A stretch of 63,903 nt of DNA, the filler included, from Nemertoderma westbladi (Eukaryota > Animalia > Xenacoelomorpha): NCBI GenBank assembly GCA_032718475.1. It is 3 parts of 3 records of this genome, joined end to end, with 100 filler letters (N's around TTAATTAATTAA, not from the genome) between each part and the next. Parts side by side here need not be neighbours in the genome. Positions count along the whole stretch, not along the records: positions 1 to 24,793 come from JAUCBJ010006057.1; 2 more parts are not named here. One strand, given 5' to 3'. This document shows, piece after piece, positions 1 through 10,089 of this stretch (position 1 is its first letter; each line of letters begins with the position of its first letter). Both the position numbers and the translations under genes were made by a program. The notes beneath the pieces were generated by a model that saw nothing but the letters and a program-made list of their open reading frames with translations, was not told where the DNA came from and did no database searches.

Positions 1-481
1 ATTATATTCATATACACCACCTGGCTTTGCATATTTAACGTGTGATTGGAAATAAGTTCGTTCTACCCTTCCGTGGGTGGTAGATGTCACGGTTATGTAT
101 TGGTGGTTGAGAAGGGTGGGGGGGGGGGGATTAAAAGGGGTGAACACGTACTGTCCCCCTTTCTTTGATTGATTGGTGGTGTGGGTAAATTTCTCAAAAC
201 CTGATTTTGTGATACAGTCGCTTAATTTTAATTTGTATCTCATAACTGGACCTCGTGCTGCGCGAAGGCCCCACGAACGTGTTTATAGACGTGTGTTGGC
301 TCATCAGGATGTAGCTGTATTTGTATCTGTACTATGTGCAGCTGTATTTGGTATGAATTTGTTGAGTATTGATATTTGTTCTGTAATACTGTAGGTGTCC
401 TATGGTCGGTCATACCTGATGCGGACAGCAGGGGATTTACCAGGCCACATATATCTTTGTATATAAGTATTATAGTATGAT

Positions 482-1620
482 CTATTGATTGTTACCTTTG
501 CTGTTTTGGCATAGCTCTGTTTCCTTGGAGACCCAGACGTTTGGCGGGCGATATCCAGTTTGCATGTAGCATAGTGTGGAAAGTGATAGTGATGAAGTAT
601 TAGGAGGCAAACCTTGGACGTATATGGTCATATGTGCATCTGAGGTGGAATTTGGATAACTTGTGGCTTTTTGTCTGCTTGAATCAGTGGTATGCTGATG
701 GTGAGGGTATGGTGGAGTGTTGTGGGGACTCAGTGATGCTAATTTAGTCTGGGGTGGTGTTGTGAGCAGTGTTTTTCTATAAGTTTTATTTATAGTGTCC
801 TTAGTCCCCTTCTGTTGCTGTTGGGAGACTAATGTGTTAAGAAGCTTTGTTTGTTCCTTTAAGATGTCAATGACAGATCGGTCATCTGGAGTCAGAACTG
901 CGTAGCGGTTGTGTGTGTCAAGTATACAGTTCCAGTCTTCTGTGTTATGTTGTTTCAGTTTGGCAGATTTTACTGGTTGTCTCCATGTTGCTGGGCTAGT
1001 CAACCTTCTTGGTCAACCTTCTAGGTCTGAGTACTGACAATGGTGGGTACGTTTCAGGTCTTGTTTGTGAGTCTATGGGTAGGCCTACCCTTTAGATTAT
1101 CCATTCTGTCTGTATTCAATTCTATGATATTTTGTGTTGTTTCCCTAATCCAATCAGTTGGATTATTGTCACAGTTCATTGTGGCATATGATTCATGTGG
1201 AGTAAGTGCAGTTGTTTCTACTTCACTGAGGTCTTCGGGTGAGTTGTTTGTACTTTTTTTTATTCTTCCTTTTCTTACTCTTTGCTCTGAAAGGACCCCC
1301 TTGGAAATAAGCTGCAAAGCTTTAGGGGTAATCCTATATGTTATGTTGGACAATACCTTTATACCGGTACATTGTTTGGTGTATTTTTATTGTTTTTTAC
1401 ATAATGTATAAATAAATCTATCTATAGCCTGTTTTTAGTATTAGTCTCCTCGAATGTACAGGGAAGTGAGGTCAGAGATATATTAGTTCGGTTTGAGAGA
1501 TTCTTTGTAGTAATAATTGGTGAATGCGAGTTTTTTTTTTTATAAACATTTAGCTGCCATTATAGTGGGTCGATTATTCCTGAAACCAAACTGATGATAC
1601 GGGAGAACATCGGACCCGTA
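482..1620 (-). mobile_element. Probable degraded retroelement-derived region
   Basis: Minus strand near 1545-1605 reads PYHQFGFRNNRPTIMAA, resembling the LINE RT QxGFR motif. It is followed by short low-complexity ORFs (1054-1353, 482-1003) with no recognisable domain. Confidence 0.35.
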
Positions 1621-2902
1621 GATTTTGATCTATTTTCATTTGGACACACTGACAGACTGAAGGCCTAGGCCTACAGTACTATAAGCATAGGTGTATTCAA
1701 TCATTCAGAGTACCAGGTTAATACACCATGAACTGGAATATAGTGTCGTTATTCAGGTACCTGGCTGGACCCCCCCAAATTTTTCTGCAAATCTTTAATG
1801 AGATTGCATGAAATTTGAAACAGATTTAGTTTTATTTTTGGTTTCAATCTTTAGCTACAAGCGTTTGAAAAAGGTGTCTCCGGTGATATTTCACCAGTTA
1901 CACTGCAGTTATCATTGAAACTTATCCTGATTTATTGGTAACAAAAAACATTTCAATTTGGTTGGGAAATAAATAGGCGAGATATGGGCATTCTAATGTT
2001 GCATGCATTTGTTTCATATATGCAGGCCATTTATTCCATTTAATAAATAATACACCATATTCTAGAACATTTCGTTTATCCCATACATAGCTGGGCAACA
2101 TAGTAGAGCAGATTCATGTGTTTTTTTAGGCAGAATCATTCAGGTTGTGATACATGCATGAAATTTGGTACGAACGTTCCTTTTGGGGCAAAACAAGTGC
2201 TAGCCACTTGGAAATCAGACATGGCGGCCTCAAGAACACGTTTCCATGGTAACCAGTACTTAATATGACATTTAAAACCCTTCAACTTTGGTAGAGGATT
2301 CCAAAAAATTATTTACATACATTATGTGCAGTATATGGAAAAATATATGTTGAATATATAATTTTCATATAATTTGTATGTTTCCATGGCAAGTTCAAAT
2401 GTTTTTACATTTCTGGAATCCTTGCATGGTCAGCTTTCTATTGGTACCAACAAACCACGATAGGGTTCAAGAATAACTGCAGTGTAACTGGTGAAACAAT
2501 AAACGGAGACACCTTTTTTAAACGCTTGTAGCTAAAGATTGAAAGCAAAAATAAAAATTCTGGCTCACCCACGGAGGAGGAGGGTGGTTAAACTAAGAAA
2601 CTAACTCTGTTTTAAATTTCATGCTATCTCATTAAGATATGTAGAAAAATTGGGGGAGGGGGGGGGGGGGGGGGGTGGTCCAGGTTCCTGAACGACACTA
2701 TATTCCAGGACATGGTGGTTTTTTATTATTGATAGTAACAATGTGTTGGCAAGCTGTATTTTTCGAGGTGTTTGTTATTATACAATTATTATAGGAAGGG
2801 ATCTAGGGGTCTTAACCTCGAATGATAAGTATATTTTACCGAAAATAACTTATCTTTTATTGGCGCAATCTTTCACCTCGAGGTCCCAGGTTCGAATCCG
2901 AC

Positions 2903-2945
2903 ACCACGCTGATGAGACCCAGTAAGGTCGAAACGCGTACGTGGT
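2903..2945 (+). ncRNA. Type I hammerhead ribozyme, copy 1 of 7
   Basis: accacg-CTGATGA-gacc(cagtaa)ggtc-GAAA-cgcg-TA-cgtggt. Stem I accacg/cgtggt, stem II gacc/ggtc, minimal stem III, GUA cleavage triplet (predicted cut after 2939). Confidence 0.93.
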
Positions 2946-3250
2946 TTGGAGAGATATGAGATATTAATTTCAAGAAAAAATACGCGATTCCTAAATTTGT
3001 ACACTACCCGGTTAAAAAGTACGCATGTGATGGGATTAGTCCTACAATTGCGCCAATAAAAGATAAGTTATTTTCGGTAAAATATACTTATCATTCGAGG
3101 TTAAGACCCCTAGATCCCTTCCTATAATAATTGTATAATAACAAACACCTCGAAAAATACAGCTTGCCAACACATTGTTACTATCAATAATAAAAAATCA
3201 GGGGCTAATAAAATGGCAGCTGGCTTTGAAATTAATACTCCATATCTCAA

Positions 3251-3316
3251 GAACCTGTGGCCTAGTGGTTGTAGTCTCGGCTTTCACCTCGAGGTCCCAG
3301 GTTCGAATCCGACACC
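3251..3316 (+). promoter_or_regulatory. tRNA-Glu(TTC)-like Pol III internal promoter of the monomer (repeats every 411 bp, 6 full copies)
   Basis: A-box TGGCCTAGTGG 3258-3268, anticodon-arm-like ctcggCTTTCACctcgag, B-box GGTTCGAATCC 3300-3310. There is no intact acceptor stem, so this is not a tRNA gene. Confidence 0.85.
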
Positions 3317-3356
3317 ACGCTGATGAGACCCAGTAAGGTCGAAACGCGTACGTGGT
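3314..3356 (+). ncRNA. Type I hammerhead ribozyme, copy 2
   Basis: Same sequence as copy 1; CTGATGA at 3320; predicted cut after 3350. Confidence 0.93.
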
Positions 3357-3724
3357 TTGGAGAGATATGAGATATTAATTTCAAGAAAAAATACGCGATT
3401 CCTAAATTTGTACACTACCCGGTTAAAAAGTACGCATGTGATGGGATTAGTCCTACAATTGCGCCAATAAAAGATAAGTTATTTTCGGTAAAATATACTT
3501 ATCATTCGAGGTTAAGACCCCTAGATCCCTTCCTATAATAATTGTATAATAACAAACACCTCGAAAAATACAGCTTGCCAACACATTGTTACTATCAATA
3601 ATAAAAAATCAGGGGCTAATAAAATGGCAGCTGGCTTTGAAATTAATACTCCATATCTCAAGAACCTGTGGCCTAGTGGTTGTAGTCTCGGCTTTCACCT
3701 CGAGGTCCCAGGTTCGAATCCGAC

Positions 3725-3767
3725 ACCACGCTGATGAGACCCAGTAAGGTCGAAACGCGTACGTGGT
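3725..3767 (+). ncRNA. Type I hammerhead ribozyme, copy 3
   Basis: Same sequence; CTGATGA at 3731. Confidence 0.93.
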
Positions 3768-4135
3768 TTGGAGAGATATGAGATATTAATTTCAAGAAAA
3801 AATACGTGATTCCTAAATTTGTACACTACCCGGTTAAAAAGTACGCATGTGATGGGATTAGTCCTACAATTGCGCCAATAAAAGATAAGTTATTTTCGGT
3901 AAAATATACTTATCATTCGAGGTTAAGACCCCTAGATCCCTTCCTATAATAATTGTATAATAACAAACACCTCGAAAAATACAGCTTGCCAACACATTGT
4001 TACTATCAATAATAAAAAATCAGGGGCTAATAAAATGGCAGCTGGCTTTGAAATTAATACTCCATATCTCAAGAACCTGTGGCCTAGTGGTTGTAGTCTC
4101 GGCTTTCACCTCGAGGTCCCAGGTTCGAATCCGAC

Positions 4136-4178
4136 ACCACGCTGATGAGACCCAGTAAGGTCGAAACGCGTACGTGGT
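4136..4178 (+). ncRNA. Type I hammerhead ribozyme, copy 4
   Basis: Same sequence; CTGATGA at 4142. Confidence 0.93.
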
Positions 4179-4546
4179 TTGGAGAGATATGAGATATTAA
4201 TTTCAAGAAAAAATACGCGATTCCTAAATTTGTACACTACCCGGTTAAAAAGTACGCATGTGATGGGATTAGTCCTACAATTGCGCCAATAAAAGATAAG
4301 TTATTTTCGGTAAAATATACTTATCATTCGAGGTTAAGACCCCTAGATCCCTTCCTATAATAATTGTATAATAACAAACACCTCGAAAAATACAGCTTGC
4401 CAACACATTGTTACTATCAATAATAAAAAATCAGGGGCTAATAAAATGGCAGCTGGCTTTGAAATTAATACTCCATATCTCAAGAACCTGTGGCCTAGTG
4501 GTTGTAGTCTCGGCTTTCACCTCGAGGTCCCAGGTTCGAATCCGAC

Positions 4547-4589
4547 ACCACGCTGATGAGACCCAGTAAGGTCGAAACGCGTACGTGGT
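4547..4589 (+). ncRNA. Type I hammerhead ribozyme, copy 5
   Basis: Same sequence; CTGATGA at 4553. Confidence 0.93.
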
Positions 4590-4957
4590 TTGGAGAGATA
4601 TGAGATATTAATTTCAAGAAAAAATACGCGATTCCTAAATTTGTACACTACCCGGTTAAAAAGTACGCATGTGATGGGATTAGTCCTACAATTGCGCCAA
4701 TAAAAGATAAGTTATTTTCGGTAAAATATACTTATCATTCGAGGTTAAGACCCCTAGATCTCTTCCTATAATAATTGTATAATAACAAACACCTCGAAAA
4801 ATACAGCTTGCCAACACATTGTTACTATCAATAATAAAAAATCAGGGGCTAATAAAATGGCAGCTGGCTTTGAAATTAATACTCCATATCTCAAGAACCT
4901 GTGGCCTAGTGGTTGTAGTCTCGGCTTTCACCTCGAGGTCCCAGGTTCGAATCCGAC

Positions 4958-5000
4958 ACCACGCTGATGAGACCCAGTAAGGTCGAAACGCGTACGTGGT
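4958..5000 (+). ncRNA. Type I hammerhead ribozyme, copy 6
   Basis: Same sequence; CTGATGA at 4964. Confidence 0.93.
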
Positions 5001-5368
5001 TTGGAGAGATATGAGATATTAATTTCAAGAAAAAATACGCGATTCCTAAATTTGTACACTACCCGGTTAAAAAGTACGCATGTGATGGGATTAGTCCTAC
5101 AATTGCGCCAATAAAAGATAAGTTATTTTCGGTAAAATATACTTATCATTCGAGGTTAAGACCCCTAGATCCCTTCCTATAATAATTGTATAATAACAAA
5201 CACCTCGAAAAATACAGCTTGCCAACACATTGTTACTATCAATAATAAAAAATCAGGGGCTAATAAAATGGCAGCTGGCTTTGAAATTAATACTCCATAT
5301 CTCAAGAACCTGTGGCCTAGTGGTTGTAGTCTCGGCTTTCACCTCGAGGTCCCAGGTTCGAATCCGAC

Positions 5369-5411
5369 ACCACGCTGATGAGACCCAGTAAGGTCGAAAC
5401 GCGTACGTGGT
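5369..5411 (+). ncRNA. Type I hammerhead ribozyme, copy 7
   Basis: Same sequence; CTGATGA at 5375. Confidence 0.93.
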
Positions 5412-6199
5412 TTGGAGAGATATGAGATATTAATTTCAAGAAAAAATACGCGATTCCTAAATTTGTACACTACCCGGTTAAAAAGTACGCATGTGATGGG
5501 ATTAGTCCTACAATTGCGCCAATAAAAGATAAGTTATTTTCGGTAAAATATACTTATCATTCGAGGTTAAGACCCCTAGATCCCTTCCTATAATAATTGT
5601 ATAAGGACATGGTGGTGGTACTCTGAATGATTGAATAGGTATTTTACAATAGGAATTAGATTTTACAATAGGAATAGGAATTTTACAGTAGGCCTAGGCC
5701 TTCAGTGTTCATTTTTTAATCTACAGTAGGCCTACTTTATACATATTGTATAAACACCCCACAGCACTGTATTGTTCAAAGAACACATAACGTCTTAATA
5801 TCCTGTTACTGTATTTGTAGTGATTATTAGCAACTCCGTACCGGTATAATTAAGGGTTGTTATTGTAAAATAATAATCTACAGTGTGAGCAAATCACACA
5901 GGAAACATTGTTAATTAGACGCCTCTTCAGCGTGTGTAGAGGTCTGATTAATTTATTATCTTTACAAGAAAGCAAAAGATGGTATCACAACAGGCTTACA
6001 TTTAATTTTAATGCATGTATGAAAAATTCTGATTAGATTCTTTGTTTGTATAATATTATACTGTACCTCCTACTCGGCTGAGTTACGTTATTTGATCCTA
6101 GCTTCTTTCTCTTCTTCTTTTGGCATGTGGATATATTATATATATTAAAAATGAAATGCCGGCTTGTCAATAAAATTGCTCCGCCATAACACCTATGGC

Positions 6200-6425
6200 T
6201 TTCTCGATATTTTTCAACACTCGATATTTTTACTCTCGATATTTTTATTCTCGATATTATTTTTCAACTCTCGATATATTTACTCTCAATATTTTTCAAC
6301 ACTCGACATTTTTACTCTCGATATTTATCAACACTCGATCTTTTTACTCTCGATATTTTTACACTCGATATTTTTTAACACTCGATCTTTTTACTCTCGA
6401 TATTTTTACTCTCGATATTCGATAT
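6200..6425. repeat. 15-16 bp tandem repeat (actctcgatattttt)
   Basis: About 14 imperfect copies are directly visible. Confidence 0.9.
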
Positions 6426-6426
6426 T

Positions 6427-7170
6427 CCTACCTTCGGGTAGCAGATAGGAGTAGCGCCCACCCCTACCCTCAGGTAGCAGATAGGAGTAGCGCCCACCCC
6501 TACCCTCGGGTAGCAGATAGGAGTAGCGCCCACCCCTACCCTCGGGTAGCAGATAGGAGTAGCGCCCACCCCTACCCTCAGTAGCAGATGGGAGTAATGC
6601 GCACTCCTACCCTCGGGTAGCAGATAGGATTAGCGCGCACTCCTACCCTCGGGTAGCAGATAGGAGTAGCGCCCATCCCTTCCCTCAGTAGCAGATGGGA
6701 GTAGCGCGCACTCCTACCCTCGGGTAGCAGATAGGAGTAGCGCGCACTCCTACCCTCGGGTAGCAGATAGGAGTAGCGCCTACCCCTACCCTCGGGTAGC
6801 AGATAGGAGTAGCGCCTACCCCTACCCTCAGTAGCAGATAGGAGTATCGCCCACCCTTACCCTCGGGTAGCAGATAGGAGTAGCGCCCACCCCTACCCTC
6901 GGGTAGCAGATAGGAGTAGCGCCCACCCCTACCCTCAGTAGCAGATGGGAGTAATGCGCACTCCTACCCTCGGGTAGCAGATAGGATTAGCGCGCACTCC
7001 TACCCTCGGGTAGCAGATAGGAGTATCGCCCACCCCTACCCTCGGGTAGCAGATAGGAGTAGCGCCCACGCCTACCCTCGGGTAGCAGATAGGAGTATCG
7101 CCCACCCCTACCTCGGTTAGCAGATATCGAAAGAGGAGCCTTCGGGTCGCCTCCGGCTTCGACCAACTGC
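6427..7170 (+). repeat. 36-bp minisatellite derived from a SINE 3' region, ending in the SINE tail
   Basis: About 19 copies of taccctcgggtagcagataggagtagcgcccacccc, then tatcgaaagaggagccttcgggtcgcctccggcttcg. Both match 55209-55291. Confidence 0.9.
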
Positions 7171-8379
7171 TCCCTTTTGCTTGCTTCAATACAACGACGC
7201 AAACACACTGTAGCCTTGCAAACTTCGTGATTTATACTTGTGTTGTTATAAATATTTATATGCTGCAATGGAATCGACGCTTACAAAATTCCCTCTTAGC
7301 GAATATAGTTTTCTACAGCTGTACGTACATCGTTTAGGGGATAATAACAATATCGATTCACTTTAAACATTAGCAGTAAATGAGTTGCTTATACCACCTA
7401 CAGTAGCACATACAGATATAAATTACCTCACTTTAAGAACATATTAAAACAATTACGTCAACTGTATCTCGAATGCCACTCTAATTGATGGGTTTCTCGG
7501 TAGAAATAATATTAAATATGACGTCTTGTTAAAATCTCAATTTCTATAAAAGCTACGTATAAATTATTCATTTGGTAATACATCAAGAGTTAGAAGCTAC
7601 AGATAGGTAAGCCTACATATTTTTTTAGCATTGATGTCAAAAACACCACATAAAGTGTTACAAACGTAAAGTTTTAAGAAGAAATAAGCTAACAGCTTAA
7701 CATAGTATTTCTAAACAAAATACGTGTTTTTCCTTTCCAGTTTTTTAATTGACGATCCTATCGGATAACAAGATAATTACGTTAAGTTTTTATTTTCCTT
7801 CTACAGTAAGTGTCAGTTGTTCAAGCGAACTATGTATTACGCCCCGGCATAAGAGCTGGCTACTTTCCTTAATTTATGAGCTAAACGTTTGCAGCTCGTT
7901 GGCCTTCGCAAACTGTTTTACTCTAGAGACCATCTCTGGAAACATTTTAGGCACCTATGGCGCCGGGTTAATTTCAATAGAACCCAGAATAACGAGCTTA
8001 GATCTGGATTTGTCCCTTGACAGTGCGCTGTTCAATTACTTTGGGTTATATCGGCTTCACAACCAAATTAAAGCTTATTTAGCTAAGAGGCTCACAATAA
8101 TATTACTGAATTAATCTAGTTTTCACACTACCATTCTACAGTAATTTAATTGTTATCAACGTTTCTGAAATATCCAGAGCGGTTAAAACAGATACAAAGT
8201 TGCAGTCTTTGAAAAAAGAAAAATTTTAGTTGGAAAATTCAATAACCAGAATAACTAACAACATTTAGGCCTACAACAGTATATGTAATATAATGTACTG
8301 TCATATACAGTATAACATTTACTGTAATAATATATCGACAAGGATAACAGATTTCTGTATTTCATTTTTGATAACTCTT

Positions 8380-8510
8380 CAATTTATCCTTCTAAGTGCC
8401 AAAATTGGCTCCATGGTTCCACTACCTTACCAAAACCCGTTTTGGTTCCCACGCAGCAGTCTCTCAACAGGATCCCTGAAGCGATTTAATGGCATTTTAT
8501 TGTATACTGT
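8380..8510 (-). mobile_element. RTE-clade LINE RT fragment
   Basis: VYNKMPLNRFRDPVERLLRGNQNGFW resembles the RTE RT region K.YNK..LNRI......LR.NQNGFR. Confidence 0.6.
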
Positions 8511-9264
8511 AGCTTTGCAGCAATCGAGATTGATGAGATTCCACGAAAAGATCAATAGAGTGTGACAATGAGACTCAGAATTTGTTACTACTATGACTCC
8601 GTCCGAGCTCGGAAAGTGGAAATAAGATCCTTCCACACTTCCCGCTTCTCCATAATTGTCGCAATTTCGTTTCTCCCAAGTCCAGTGGGCCCTATCCCTT
8701 ATGTCAAGTTGGTCATCTATGTTTTGTTATAGCCGGTCGTCCATGGCTACGCTTTCCTTGTGTTGATTGCCAGAAAAGTGGATCTGGTATGACCTCATGT
8801 TTCATTTGTTGTTATTTTGTTGTTACATGCTCCTATTTAACTGTGGAAGATCACCCATGGTGGTGAACAAGCATACCTACCTTGGCTTAACGAGCCTAAA
8901 AGATTATCCCATTCAATATGCTCGACTATTTGTTGTGGGACTCTCTTATGATGATGGACTGAGCCCCAAAATCTTTTTTTCATAAAAATGTCGGATATTA
9001 ATATAGTGGCTTAGTATAATAAAAAACACGGGCATCCCTTAAGGCCTGTAGACTGCTTATACAACTGCTGAACATCTGCTATCCGAATCGTAATTCAACA
9101 GCCATATTTGTGGAATATATATTACTTATTTAATGAAAAACAAATACATTTCTAAAAAGAAGCCAATTTATTTTCAACGGTATATATAGTTATTCAACAT
9201 TTTACGGGGTATTTATTATACACATTTCCATTTAAAGTGCGTTAAGGCTTTGTAGCTCAGGTAA

Positions 9265-9521
9265 TCGTGGGGACTTTGCGCAGCATGCAGTCGAAGTCTA
9301 GATGGGCCTTTGCGCAGCACCTGGTCATTTGTGGACCAATTCATTCTCCCCTTAGCGGCTGACAGAGGAACTGTATACGTCTGTTTGTTTGTAGAACTTC
9401 TAAACTTTTGATAGACCCCTGTGTACCAAGTTTGGTTCCATTCCATCAGATTGACCGAATTAGTAGCTTTCTAATTATGCCCCTACGATAAGGCTCACCT
9501 AGACTTCGCGGCTCGCCCCAC
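9265..9521 (+). mobile_element. Short member of a non-autonomous interspersed family (cgtgggg...gcgcagca 5' motif; ggctcgccccac 3' motif)
   Basis: Terminal motifs and the internal cttagcggctgacagaggaactg are shared with 31371-32518 (opposite strand). Confidence 0.5.
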
Positions 9522-10089
9522 ATGACATGGTTATATATTTTATTCACAGGGTTTATTTAACCTGGGCCCCTCCCAATGATGAATACATTTAGAATACGAC
9601 CATTGTAATATATTAATAATTTATATGGAAGTTTATTATATTCATCATTATCCATTAAAATTTATGGTAATATTCTCCGACCAGTCTTAATATACATTAT
9701 AAATACAATATTACTTAGTTAATGTAATATAATAATCATTGATATACAAAGAATGCCATAACACAATTGAGCGCAAACAACAACAATTGGTTGCAACTAG
9801 TATATAGGCTACAGTAGAAGTTGTGATGAATAACAGGACCATTTAAATTAACTATGATAATCACCTGACGACGGTGTGTGTAACATCGAAACACCCCCAC
9901 ACACACTCACAGCAAGCCTACTCATTCGCTAGTGGATATTACACAAAAATGGGTCATATAAAAAAATGCAGTAGAGTTGCGTAGCTGGTCGCTAATAACA
10001 TTTAACTTCAGCATTAATAAACAAAAAAAACTACATAGAGCTTATTATAATAAAACATAAATCCTTGTGATTGCGCGCTAATTGCACGT

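Larger units (their letters stand above)
2707..5616 (+). mobile_element. Retrozyme-like tandem array: ~6.65 x 411-bp monomers with tRNA-derived head and hammerhead ribozyme; 13-bp TSD; 5' inverted segment
   Basis: CTGATGA cores at 2909, 3320, 3731, 4142, 4553, 4964 and 5375 (exact 411-bp period). TSD aggacatggtggt at 2707-2719 and 5604-5616. 2719-2869 is the reverse complement of 3047-3197. Confidence 0.92.
1656..5706. mobile_element. Foldback/MITE-like element with long imperfect inverted arms, interrupted by the hammerhead array
   Basis: Left arm ~1656-1950 (actgaaggcctaggcctac...tattcaatcattcagagtacca...ctggaatatagtgtcgtt...ggtgtctcc...caccagttacactgcagttat) is the reverse complement of ~2440-2718 plus 5605-5706. 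Confidence 0.8.

Noticed and set aside
2870-5604. Tandem tRNA-Glu gene cluster or CRISPR array
   Set aside because: No pairing acceptor stem (replaced by the hammerhead). The units are identical along their whole length, with no unique spacers and no cas genes, in a eukaryotic context.
6164-7268. ORFs with repetitive peptides
   Set aside because: They are translations of 15-16 bp and 36-bp tandem repeats.
9861-9900. Hammerhead-like ctgacga...gaaac
   Set aside because: A weak stem II is possible, but there is no NUH cleavage triplet or stem I partner after GAAAC; at best a degenerate relic.
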